Assembly: GCF_000017845.1 (NCBI RefSeq)
Contig: NC_010546.1
Coordinates: 2,550,001-2,582,000, forward strand
DNA: 32,000 nt
Direction of reading: 5' to 3'
From: Crocosphaera subtropica ATCC 51142
Lineage (GTDB): Bacteria; Cyanobacteriota; Cyanobacteriia; Cyanobacteriales; Microcystaceae
In this document: in pieces, positions 8,947 to 17,755 of the stretch
How the letters are laid out: the number at the start of each line of letters is the position of its first letter
How positions within the stretch are numbered: position 1 is the first letter of the stretch
Position numbers and translations under genes: made by a program
Notes under the pieces: generated by a model
The model's input: only the letters and a program-made list of their open reading frames with translations
Told to the model about the DNA's origin: nothing
Databases searched by the model: none

Positions 8947-9044
8947 GTGTTTTGCCAATAGACATCTCCAAGAATCCATAACCCAGTTACAGCAATGAAA
9001 ACAGGCAGATTAAACTTGAAGTCAAAATTAGCCTTCAGAACGAA

Positions 9045-10089
9045 TTAATAAGGGGTTGAAGGAATTAACTCTAATTTGGACATAAAACTATGGCTCATTA
9101 TAACGTCAATTACCTCTCCAGATTGGGAGGATTCTATTATTTTCAAAATCAAGGAACTAATTCTCAACCGAACTAATCCACAAACGGTTAACAAAACCGA
9201 TTTATATCGACTCTTATGTAAGCGAAATCTTTCTTGAACTACTTTAAATACTTTGACAACTCGAATTAAATGCTCAACAAAAATCCGATTAGATGATAAA
9301 GCTTTATTTTCTTTTATTTGAGCTTCAGTTAATTCTCTTTTCTTAGTTTTTTTATGCGGAGTGATAATTTGAGTCTCTCCAATGTAGGCTTTATCAGCAC
9401 TAAAAGTTTGGTTTATCTTGAATTTATTTAAAGTTTGCCGACAGATGTTAATGTCACTTGTCGGCCCAGGTTTTCCAATTACTACATCAATAATATCTTC
9501 AGCTTTTGGCAAGACAACGAATTGACTTTTTAAAGTATGTCTTTTCTGCTTACCCTGTCTCTTGGTGCGCGTTCCCTAGGCGATTACGAATCGCCGGGGT
9601 CGCACCGCAATAATATTTTTTTTGTTCTTGATAATCTGAAGGTCTTTCAATAGCCTGTTCTGCGCTGTCTACAATCAATTCATAATCAGTTAACATTTCA
9701 AGAACTATTTCTTTTTCTTCTTGAAACTTTTTTATTTGTTCTAATAAACTTGGTGGTAACTCTCCTTCAAAAAGTGTTTGCCAATAAGTAAAAATATTAT
9801 GAGCCGTTGACTCACTTACTTGAAAAAGTAGTCCTAAGAGTTGAAAACTTATATTATGTCTTAAATAAACTAACGTTAGAACAATTTGTTCTTCTTCTGC
9901 TAATAAAGATGGACTTCCCGCACCAGGTTGATTAATTCTAATTTTTGTTTTTTCGTTCTCTTCTTTTTTTTTCTGATGAAGAAGCTTCCCTAGAGCAATC
10001 AATTGTTCCAATTGATTGTCATCAATTCCTAATAATCTTTTGGTTTGTTTAGGATATTTTTTTAGATAGCTCCAAGTGTAAGTTTCCAT
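9045..10089 (-). pseudogene. DDE transposase split into two ORFs (9550..10089 and 9045..9512) by a 52-nt insertion
   Basis: The N-terminal ORF has an HTH (LTLVYLRHNISFQLLGLLFQVSESTAHNIF) and the first catalytic Asp (IVDSAEQAIERP). The C-terminal frame, read upstream of its listed start, gives GKQKRHTLKSQFVVLPKAEDIID...SADKAYIG...NRIFVEHLIR (second Asp and Glu). The conserved YY(S/C)GK.KRHT motif is interrupted between YYC and GKQKRHT. Confidence 0.8.
9555..9606. repeat. 52-nt GC-rich hairpin-forming insertion inside the transposase gene (possible miniature palindromic element)
   Basis: On the plus strand, 9564-9606 reads GGTGCGcgttCCCtaGGCGATTacgAATCGCCgGGGtCGCACC, which gives nested stems. 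Removing 52 nt restores the frame and the YYCGKQKRHT motif. GGT is present at both junctions. Confidence 0.6.
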
Positions 10090-10501
10090 TCTTTTTTGAA
10101 CTAATTATTCATTTTATTATACTATATTTCTTGATTTTATTAAATTATGGAGATGTCTAATAAAACCCATAAAGTTGCTATTATACATAACGACAGGTTT
10201 AACAATCTTAAAAGAAAGTATTGATTTAATAAATTTATCGTATAGAATATAGACAACGACTCTCAATATCTTAATATAAGTAATTAAGCTTGTTCTATAA
10301 AACCCGTCTATTGATAGGTCAATATAAAACAACCAACTCCTTATCATTCTTACTCACAAGCTGGCTAAGACTAAAAATCAAGGGACTTGGAGTTTTTTAC
10401 ACAAAATAACAAATTAAATCAATGGAAGCCAGTTCCGAGATTCAGTGCCATAAATGCCACGCTTGGGAATGCCAATCCAGTTTCTTCAATGAGGATATAA
10501 T

Positions 10502-10948
10502 ATGGACTGGGCTTTTCCTTCTCACACCACCCCTTATTCTGGCCATCAATCACCTCTGATCTTAGGCGTAGATGGTAATGAAGATAATTTATTGTTGTTA
10601 ACTTACATCATACGACGTATGGGTTGCACGTTAATGACAGCAAACAATGGAAACTGCGTGTTTTCTTTAGTTAGGGACTATCAACCGAGTTTAATTCTAT
10701 TAGATATTATTTTACCAGGATTAAGTGGGATTGAAGTCATTAAGCAACTTAAAAAAGATCAAACAACCAAAAATATACCCATTATTGCCGTTACAGGATT
10801 TGTTCATCCTCAAAAACGAGACTATCTTCTAGAAATCGGTTGTCAAGATTGTATTATTAAGCCTTATCTTCTTGAAGAAGTAGAAATCATGGTTTCTCGT
10901 TTTGTCACACAGCATTATTCATTGGCTTTGGCTCAAAAATGTCGTTAG
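10502..10948 (+). CDS. Single-domain CheY-like response regulator receiver protein
   Basis: A 148-aa protein with a REC fold: ILGVDGNEDN..., phospho-acceptor context SLILLDIILPGLSG, IIAVTG (Thr) and CIIKP (Lys). No output domain is present. Confidence 0.85.
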   Translation: MDWAFPSHTTPYSGHQSPLILGVDGNEDNLLLLTYIIRRMGCTLMTANNGNCVFSLVRDYQPSLILLDIILPGLSGIEVIKQLKKDQTTKNIPIIAVTGFVHPQKRDYLLEIGCQDCIIKPYLLEEVEIMVSRFVTQHYSLALAQKCR

Positions 10949-11361
10949 TTAGGATTTTTTTTTTGAATGGATTCTGGATTACGAACTTTGGGGCATCCTT
11001 CTAAAACTGCAATAATACCCATTCGTCCCGTTTCTAGGGTGACATCGCTGAGTAAATCTTTGACCTCTACCCCAAGGATATCTTCAATTAATTGTTGCAA
11101 CCGGGAACGGGTCAAGTTATCTAAACTATCACGAACCTGTTTAGCCAGAGGACCTTGTCCTTCTTCGGTTAAAAACTGTTCCGTGGGAGTGACAGAGTTT
11201 TCGATAATAATGGCTAATTTTTTTTCAAATAAATGACAAATGGTATGGCCTGGCTGATAGCCTAAATTTTTGCGATAAAAAGCCTGGATACTTTGAGAGA
11301 GCTTTCTCTCAAGTTGTCCACGGGTAGGATACTGATCAGTAGAAGAACTATCAATGTTCAT
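10945..11361 (-). CDS. DUF2294-like small cytoplasmic protein
   Basis: A 138-aa protein. The pattern GQLERKLSQSIQAFYRKNLGYQPGHTICHLFEKKLAIIIENSVTPTEQFL...VRDSLDNLTRSRLQQLIEDILGVEVKDLLSDV...GIIAVL resembles DUF2294 proteins as I remember them. This was not verified by search. Confidence 0.6.
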   Translation of the reverse strand: MNIDSSSTDQYPTRGQLERKLSQSIQAFYRKNLGYQPGHTICHLFEKKLAIIIENSVTPTEQFLTEEGQGPLAKQVRDSLDNLTRSRLQQLIEDILGVEVKDLLSDVTLETGRMGIIAVLEGCPKVRNPESIQKKNPN

Positions 11362-11426
11362 AATATTGGCTTCTTAGAGATTAAGACTATCAGGGATTAG
11401 TCTAAAAATGTAATTATATAAGATCC

Positions 11427-12161
11427 TTATTCAACTAAGCCAGATCGTAAGGCACGAACTGCTGCTTGAGTGCGATCATTCGCACAAAGCTTATTTAGAA
11501 TACTACGAACATGGGTTTTAACCGTTCCTACCGTCACAAAAAGTGCTTCAGCAATTTGAGCATTATTACATCCTGCTACGATTAATTCTAAGACTTCTAA
11601 TTCTTTTGGGGTTAATGAAGAGCTATCAACCATTTTCTGAGTATCTGCATCGAGGGCTTCGATCGCTCTAGTGTCGTTGATGACTTCCTGTTCAGCATGG
11701 CTTTGGGTAGCAGACAATTGGTCAAATTGCATTTGCTCAAGCACCACACGAGCCACTGCTGGTTCAATCCAAGCATTACCCTCATGGGTAATTTTGATGG
11801 CATTAACCAGAGTTTCTAAGGTAACATCCTTAATACTATAAGAATCCGCCCCCGCAGCAAAGGCAGCCAAGACAGCATCTTTGCTAGTATTCATTGTCAA
11901 GATGAGGACTTTCGTGTTTAATAGTTCAGCGTCTTTTTGAGAGTGTTTGAGACGTTGGCTTAATTCGATGCCATCAATATCCGGTAATCCAATATCAATC
12001 ACTGCCACATCTGGCTGAGTGTGGGTTAAAACTTCCCAACCATGACGACCATTAGCAGCTTCTCCCACCACTTCGATACCCCTGACTTGTTCCAATGCTG
12101 CATGAAGACCAATGCGAGTTAAATCATGGTCTTCTATTAAAACAACTCGGATACTATTCAT
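11427..12161 (-). CDS. NarL/LuxR-family two-component response regulator (REC plus HTH_LuxR, long linker)
   Basis: REC features: VVLIEDHDLTR, VAVIDIGLPDIDG, LILTM, YSIKD. C-terminal HTH: LTPKELEVLELIVAGCNNAQIAEALFVTVGTVKTHVRSILNKL. About 60 aa of linker separates the domains. Confidence 0.9.
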   Translation of the reverse strand: MNSIRVVLIEDHDLTRIGLHAALEQVRGIEVVGEAANGRHGWEVLTHTQPDVAVIDIGLPDIDGIELSQRLKHSQKDAELLNTKVLILTMNTSKDAVLAAFAAGADSYSIKDVTLETLVNAIKITHEGNAWIEPAVARVVLEQMQFDQLSATQSHAEQEVINDTRAIEALDADTQKMVDSSSLTPKELEVLELIVAGCNNAQIAEALFVTVGTVKTHVRSILNKLCANDRTQAAVRALRSGLVE

Positions 12162-12548
12162 AATGGTGCAAATCCTCCAACCATCAACCTCAAAATTAAT
12201 TATATCAATTCTTTTTAATAAGCTAATCGTAACATTTCATCGCAATTTTCATGGGTATTAAATGGAGATTAAAGTTACAAAATCTCCCCACACTTCCCAC
12301 ACTCACTCAAGGGAATGATTAATCCACCTTGTTGAAAACTTTTGTTAAGGGGATCTTTGAGCCAAAGCTTATGTCATAAGAGAGATAACCATTTTGGAGA
12401 AAGTCTTTCTTAAAGGGGATCTATAGGAAAATTTCTATCTTATAATATAGGTATAATAGGATAATATTTTATTCTGATAATTTGATTAGCGATCTTCATC
12501 AAGTTGGCACTAACGATTGGTACGAGAAACTGCATAAAATTCCTTGAT

Positions 12549-13760
12549 ATGGAACAGACTCTCAACGTTTTAATTATTGATAATGATAAGGGGAATCGCC
12601 TAGCCATAGAGCGATCGCTAAAACAAATTGTGCCATTACTAAACTTGAGTAAAGTTGAGAGTCGCACAAAAGCACTCGCCTTACTCAAAGAAGTTTCTTT
12701 TAACTGTATATTTCTAGGTTCTTTATTATCCGATGGTGATGGATTAAGTCTGCTCAAAGAAATCCAAAACATGGGAGTTCAAGCTCCCTTGATTGTTCTT
12801 ACCCCCCCAGAAAACAAGAAAATCACCCAAGAATTTATGGAATCAGGAGCATGGGACTATATTATTGAATCCATGATCTCTCCTGATATTCTCTTCAAAA
12901 CCCTAAAAAATTCTATGCGTATCCACGAAGTAGAAAAAGAACTGAAAGTGACCAACCAACAGTTAAGGGAAAACAATAAAATTCTTAAACAGAAAAACAA
13001 AGAACTGAAACAGCAACAAGACCAAATTCACCTGAAAAATTTACAACTCCAAGAAGCATCTCGTCGACAATCTCAGTTTTTAGCCACCATTTCCCACGAA
13101 CTCCGCACCCCCATGAATGCGATTATGGGATTTTCTCAACTGTTGTTGCGTCAATATCCTGATCCCCTCACTGATCAGCAAATAGATATCATTCAGCGTA
13201 TTTTTAACAATAGTCAAAATCTTCTTACCCTCATCAATGAAGTCTTAGATTTTTCTAAGCTCGAAATCGGTCAAATGGATCTCAATATAGGAAAATTTGA
13301 CCTAGATATTTTAGTGCGATTTACGGTTGAAGAATTATCCTCTTTGACATTAAATAAAAATCTTAGTTTAAATGTTGATATTCACCTCGCCAATAACCAA
13401 GTTATCAATGACAAAAATTTTCTAAAGCGGATTCTAATTAACCTGCTTTCCAATGCTATTAAATTTACCCCGGCTGGGGAAATTTGGGTTAAAGTGTGGG
13501 AAATGAACCCTGAACGTATTGCTATTACGATTGAAGATACAGGGGTTGGCATTGCCCCAGAACATCTAAAAACTATTTTTACTCCCTTTCACCAAGTGGA
13601 TCAAACCCTGACCCGTCAACATTTAGGCACGGGGTTAGGATTAGCCATTGTTTACTCTTTAGTCAAAATGATGCAGGGTGAGATTCATGTTACCAGTCAA
13701 CTTGAACAGGGTTCGGTGTTTCGAGTTGAAATTCCACGACGTTTATCCTCAAATTTGTAA
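12549..13760 (+). CDS. Soluble hybrid histidine kinase: degenerate (pseudo-)receiver, coiled coil, HisKA and HATPase_c
   Basis: H-box FLATISHELRTPMNAIMGF, N-box LLSNAIKFT, G-boxes EDTGVGI and GTGLGLAI. The N-terminal REC-like domain has Gly where the phospho-acceptor Asp should be (CIFLGSLLSDGDG) and Glu where the conserved Lys should be (DYIIES). The ATG at 12549 is preferred over the TTG at 12504 used by the track. Confidence 0.88.
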   Translation: MEQTLNVLIIDNDKGNRLAIERSLKQIVPLLNLSKVESRTKALALLKEVSFNCIFLGSLLSDGDGLSLLKEIQNMGVQAPLIVLTPPENKKITQEFMESGAWDYIIESMISPDILFKTLKNSMRIHEVEKELKVTNQQLRENNKILKQKNKELKQQQDQIHLKNLQLQEASRRQSQFLATISHELRTPMNAIMGFSQLLLRQYPDPLTDQQIDIIQRIFNNSQNLLTLINEVLDFSKLEIGQMDLNIGKFDLDILVRFTVEELSSLTLNKNLSLNVDIHLANNQVINDKNFLKRILINLLSNAIKFTPAGEIWVKVWEMNPERIAITIEDTGVGIAPEHLKTIFTPFHQVDQTLTRQHLGTGLGLAIVYSLVKMMQGEIHVTSQLEQGSVFRVEIPRRLSSNL

Positions 13761-14821
13761 TGAATCACTATATCCTAGTCGTCGATGATATTCCTGATAA
13801 TCTGTTGTTAATTCAGTTAGCCCTAGAACAAGATGGCCATCAACTGGTATCAGTAAATGATGGTTTTTCTGCCTTAGCTCAAATCGATCAATGTCCTCCA
13901 GATTTAATTTTACTCGATGTGATGATGCCAAGGATGGATGGCTATGAAGTTACCCAAAAAATTCGTCAAAATTCTCGCCTACCATATATCCCCATCCTTT
14001 TAATTACGGCTCATGAACAATCTAATGTGGTCAAAGGATTAGATACCGGGGCTGATGATTTTATTCGTAAACCGGTTCAAATTGATGAACTTCAAGCTAG
14101 GGTCAGATCCTTATTAAGATTGAAACAGAGTATTGATCAGCGAGAACATTTTGTTCATTGTCTAACCCACGATTTACGCACTCCTTTAGTGGCTGCTGAT
14201 CGAATGTTAAGCTTAATCACACAGGGAGTTTTTGGAGAAATCACCCTCAAGACAAAAGATGCTCTGAACAATATTATCCGTAGTAATCAAAACTTGCTGG
14301 AGATGATTAATAAGCTTTTAGATGTTCATTCTTATGAAGAAGGACAAAAAAAGCTCAGTTGTATTACCTTTAACTTAAAAAACCTCCTGGAACAAATCAT
14401 AACAGAACTGACTCCTTTAGCCCAAGAAAAAGCCTTAGAATTGCGTTGTGATTGGCAAGCTCCTTTAGAAGAAATTGACGGCGATCGCCAAGAACTGCGG
14501 CGGGTATTAACAAATCTAATCAGTAATGCCATTAAATTCACCGATACTGGTTATATTGAAGTAAGAGTATCTCTGTCTGTTGGAGATAACAAAGAAGATA
14601 ATTGGTTAATTATTGAGATTGAAGATACAGGAATTGGCATTAGTTCTAAAGCTAAAGCTAAGATATTTAGGCGATTTTATCATAGTAATCATAAAGGGTT
14701 GGGATATGGCTTAGGACTCCATTTATGTCATCAAATTATTCAAGAACATGGCGGTAAAATCACCCTTGAATCTCAACTTGATCAAGGCAGCACATTCACC
14801 GTCGGCCTACCGATTCACTAA
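13760..14821 (+). CDS. Soluble hybrid histidine kinase: canonical receiver, HisKA and HATPase_c
   Basis: REC features: LVVDDIPDN, LILLDVMMPRMDG, LLITA, FIRKP. H-box FVHCLTHDLRTPL, N-box LISNAIKFT, G-boxes EDTGIGI and GYGLGLHL. The start ATG overlaps the upstream TAA stop (TAATG). Confidence 0.9.
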   Translation: MNHYILVVDDIPDNLLLIQLALEQDGHQLVSVNDGFSALAQIDQCPPDLILLDVMMPRMDGYEVTQKIRQNSRLPYIPILLITAHEQSNVVKGLDTGADDFIRKPVQIDELQARVRSLLRLKQSIDQREHFVHCLTHDLRTPLVAADRMLSLITQGVFGEITLKTKDALNNIIRSNQNLLEMINKLLDVHSYEEGQKKLSCITFNLKNLLEQIITELTPLAQEKALELRCDWQAPLEEIDGDRQELRRVLTNLISNAIKFTDTGYIEVRVSLSVGDNKEDNWLIIEIEDTGIGISSKAKAKIFRRFYHSNHKGLGYGLGLHLCHQIIQEHGGKITLESQLDQGSTFTVGLPIH

Positions 14822-14845
14822 ATTTGCATCCTGATTCTACCGTAT

Positions 14846-14873
14846 AAATAATCTATCTTTAGATAGATTATTT
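14846..14873 (+). terminator. AT-rich perfect hairpin downstream of the second kinase gene (possible terminator)
   Basis: AAATAATCTATCT (14846-14858) pairs with AGATAGATTATTT (14861-14873). The stem is AT-rich and the loop very short, so confidence is low. Confidence 0.4.
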
Positions 14874-15077
14874 TAAGCTTAAAATACTGATCTATTTATG
14901 GATTTTATAGGAATCATTAATATTTCAAAAGGTAGATGTTTTTTAAGAAAAAAGAAGTCATTAATAAAGTATATCCTATGGTCGTGATATATATTTGTAC
15001 TTCCTCGATCCTTACTTAAAAGATCATTGACTAAGAATGCTAGGAACTACATTATTGTTGTTTAGCTGTGAATCATT

Positions 15078-15683
15078 ATGAAATTACCATATTTAATTCT
15101 AAAAAAGATATTTCCTTTATCTTTGATGTTACTCATTTTTCCTTTAGCATCATGTCAGATAGAACAGGAAGAACAAGCTCAATTACCTGATGTTAATGTT
15201 GAGCCTGGACAATTGCCAGAATATGATATTCAAGGACCTGATGTCGATGTTGGCTTAACCACACGAACTGTGGTCGTACCTAAGGTCGTTGTTATACAGG
15301 ATAAGGAAACTGTCGAAGTCCCCTACATTGATGTTAACGTCCCCGGAGCAGAAAATGAAGAACGTACCATAACCACTGAGGTACAAGTGCCGTCTGGGGG
15401 TTATAATCTCGAAATTCAAGGGATATATGTGGTGGATAATGATCTATGGGTCATCTCTCGCCTCACAGAAGAAAATCCCAACGCACCCAAGGCTGATGTA
15501 AGAATATCCGATCGCGTTGTTATTAATGCGCCTAGTATGCCTGTACAACAGTTTATTATTGGAGAATCTCCTGACGGCTCCTATAACGAACAATATACCT
15601 TTATTGATAGTCGTCAGCAAATTGCTTCTCAACTACAATCAGGAAAACAGCTATATGGAAATCAACAACAAGCGAGTCGATAA
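15078..15683 (+). CDS. Putative lipoprotein of unknown function
   Basis: A 201-aa protein with the signal peptide MKLPYLILKKIFPLSLMLLIFPLASC, which contains an L-A-S-C lipobox. A hairpin terminator follows. Confidence 0.65.
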   Translation: MKLPYLILKKIFPLSLMLLIFPLASCQIEQEEQAQLPDVNVEPGQLPEYDIQGPDVDVGLTTRTVVVPKVVVIQDKETVEVPYIDVNVPGAENEERTITTEVQVPSGGYNLEIQGIYVVDNDLWVISRLTEENPNAPKADVRISDRVVINAPSMPVQQFIIGESPDGSYNEQYTFIDSRQQIASQLQSGKQLYGNQQQASR

Positions 15684-15707
15684 ACGGGACACTATCTATT
15701 AATTTAA

Positions 15708-15745
15708 GATGAGGTGAGATCAGGCTTTCACCTCATCTATTTGTA
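15708..15745 (+). terminator. Rho-independent-type terminator of the lipoprotein gene
   Basis: AGATGAGGTG (15708-15717) pairs with CACCTCATCT (15729-15738) and is followed by a T-rich tail (TATTTGT). Confidence 0.6.
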
Positions 15746-15942
15746 GTTATTCAATACTTTTTATTTTTCTGTTATTCTGAATATTAACTAATATTTAATC
15801 ATAGATTTATTTCTTTTGACAGATGAATAATTTATTAAAATAAAAGAATATAGTAATAGCAAAGCTGATAAAGAATGCAAAAAAGGTAAGAATACATCGG
15901 CTTTTAAATAGAGTTTTACTGACAGAATTAGGGTAAAAAAAT

Positions 15943-16506
15943 ATGAATAATTACACAACAAAACACGCTATTGGTACATTTGAGACGAGAGAAAACGCTG
16001 AAGCTGCCTTACACAAATTAAGAGACGAGGGTTTTAATATGGATAAAGTATCCATTATCACTCGTCATGACGAGTCTGATCGGGATTTCGCTGGTGCAGA
16101 GGTTAAATCCTCTGGAGAACAGGCTAAAGGCGGTGCTAAAGCCGGTGCAACAGCCGGTGCAGCCACTGGTGGTGTATTAGGACTAATCGGTGGTTTAGGG
16201 GTATTAGCGATTCCTGGTGTTGGTCCGGTTGCAGAACTTGGAGTTGTTTTAGCCAATACACTCCTAGGTGGAGGGATCGGTGCTGTTGGCGGTGGTTTAA
16301 TCGGTGCATTAATCGGTTGGGGCGTTCCCGAAGACCAAGCAAAATACTATAATGATCGAGTCTCTGAAGGTCACTATCTCTTGCTGTTAGAAGGAACCAC
16401 TCAAGAGGTTAATATGGCTGAATCAATCTTACAACGTCATCAAATTCGCAACTGGAACCTCTATGATGCTCCTACAGGTCATCCTGTCACTGGTCGAGTC
16501 GTATAA
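15943..16506 (+). CDS. GSP17M/YflT-like stress-protein domain with an embedded glycine-zipper membrane hairpin
   Basis: A 187-aa protein. N-terminus: AIGTFETRENAEAALHKLRDEGFNMDKVSIITR. Centre: a Gly/Ala-rich hydrophobic core (GGAKAGATAGAATGGVLGLIGGLGVLAIPGVGP...GGGIGAVGGGLIGALIGWG). C-terminus: VPEDQAKYYNDRVSEGHYLLLLEG. It is a paralog of 21127..21903. Confidence 0.7.
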   Translation: MNNYTTKHAIGTFETRENAEAALHKLRDEGFNMDKVSIITRHDESDRDFAGAEVKSSGEQAKGGAKAGATAGAATGGVLGLIGGLGVLAIPGVGPVAELGVVLANTLLGGGIGAVGGGLIGALIGWGVPEDQAKYYNDRVSEGHYLLLLEGTTQEVNMAESILQRHQIRNWNLYDAPTGHPVTGRVV

Positions 16507-16566
16507 AATTTTAGAGTTTAAAAGCGCACGCCATCCCTTGCTTGAATCCTCCACAACTTGTGGGGG

Positions 16567-17595
16567 TTACTTTGTTTGGAACGGATTTTGTACCATTTGC
16601 TTATCAATTTTCTGGGTTAATTTATCCAATTCCATCACTTCCCCTTCACTCAGTCGCCAACCCATTGCTCCTAAATTTTGCTCCATTTGTTGATAGTTTT
16701 TTGCTCCAGGAATCGGAATAAATCCTTTACAAATACACCAATTAATAGCAACTTGCGCCATAGTTTTTTGTCTTTGAGTTGCAATGTCTTCTAACCCTTG
16801 TAATAAAGGACGAATTTTCGGTAACATTTGTCTAAAAAATAAACCCCGAAACCCCCTAGGAACCTTGCCGTTTTCTTGATATTTTCCAGTTAACAATCCT
16901 AAAGCTAAAGGACTATAAGCAATTAATTGTACCCCTAATTCATCACAGACTTCTTTAACCCCCAATTCCACCACAGGATAGGTGGATAATAAGGAATATT
17001 GTATCTGTAACGTCACAATCGGTATATCTCTTTCGGCAAACTTTTTAACAATTTGCTTGAGTCGTTGCGGCCCATAATTAGATAAACCAACCCCTTTCAC
17101 TAACCCTTGTTCGTACAAGTCCCCTAACCCATCTAGTAACGGCCATTCTTGCCAAGGAAAATAATTGGCGGTTGGCCAGTGCATTTGAACTAAATCGATA
17201 TTTCTGCCTAACCGTTGCGCTGAAGCTTTTCCTGCTTCTACCATAGAGTGACGAGTCCATCGCCAAGGATAAGCAGCTAATTTTGTGGCGATACAAATTT
17301 TATCCTGATTGGGTCCTTGGTACTCCTGAGTAAACTTTCCTAACAAGGTTTCGCTGCGTCCCTTGAGGGTTCCTGTTCCGTAAGAGTCCCCTGTATCAAA
17401 TAAGATGACACCACGACTGACAGCTAAGTTAAACACTTGTTGTAAGTCTAGATCCATTGTCTGATCATAACCCCATAGAAAACGATTTCCCCAAGCCCAA
17501 GTACCACATCCCATCCGAGACAATGAAAGGGAAGAATTCACAGAAACAAAGGTTTCTTTCGTTTGATCTGAGTTTTGAGAGGGTTGGGTTGTCAT
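16567..17595 (-). CDS. Aldo/keto reductase family oxidoreductase
   Basis: A 342-aa protein with AKR motifs: GCGTWAWG, LFDTGDSYG, ATKLA, VQMHWP, GVGLSNY, and IPIPGAKN near the C-terminus. Confidence 0.9.
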   Translation of the reverse strand: MTTQPSQNSDQTKETFVSVNSSLSLSRMGCGTWAWGNRFLWGYDQTMDLDLQQVFNLAVSRGVILFDTGDSYGTGTLKGRSETLLGKFTQEYQGPNQDKICIATKLAAYPWRWTRHSMVEAGKASAQRLGRNIDLVQMHWPTANYFPWQEWPLLDGLGDLYEQGLVKGVGLSNYGPQRLKQIVKKFAERDIPIVTLQIQYSLLSTYPVVELGVKEVCDELGVQLIAYSPLALGLLTGKYQENGKVPRGFRGLFFRQMLPKIRPLLQGLEDIATQRQKTMAQVAINWCICKGFIPIPGAKNYQQMEQNLGAMGWRLSEGEVMELDKLTQKIDKQMVQNPFQTK

Positions 17596-17755
17596 CAGTT
17601 ACTTGTTGAGTTAGTTATTACTCATCAGTTGAATATTAGCAATGTATCATTCGTGACAAAACTCACATTGTATTCCTAACACGCTCACTGTACCAATCGC
17701 AATAAACAGACATAATTTTTAAAGATTCTCATGAAAAGCTAAGGAGGAAACTTTA

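Larger units (their letters stand above)
8957..10161 (-). mobile_element. IS element (IS4/IS5-superfamily, DDE transposase with N-terminal HTH), inactivated; ends approximate
   Basis: Terminal inverted repeats: TAGACATCTCCA at 8959-8970 and its reverse complement TGGAGATGTCTA at 10148-10159. Between them lies a split transposase gene (9045..10089). Confidence 0.8.

Noticed and set aside
9564-9625. An A8 run (coding strand CAAAAAAAATAT) followed 9 nt later by the strong hairpin looked like a textbook programmed -1 ribosomal frameshift site joining the two transposase ORFs.
   Set aside because: Frame bookkeeping rules it out. The -1 frame hits TAA 11 codons after the A-run. The downstream ORF is in the +1 frame and is blocked by a TAG inside the hairpin, so it opens only 24 nt before the upstream stop. 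The interrupted conserved motif fits a 52-nt insertion better.
10117-10347. Track ORF of 76 aa next to the IS right end.
   Set aside because: It lies in extremely AT-rich sequence and gives an Ile/Lys/Phe/Tyr-rich product. It overlaps the IS terminal repeat. It is most likely non-coding.
10423-10566. A small ORF MEASSEIQCHKCHAWECQSSFFNEDII... with a CxxC-like string, upstream of and overlapping the CheY-like gene start.
   Set aside because: It has only one half of a zinc-ribbon-like pattern and no RBS, and it overlaps the better-supported CheY ORF in another frame. The evidence is insufficient.
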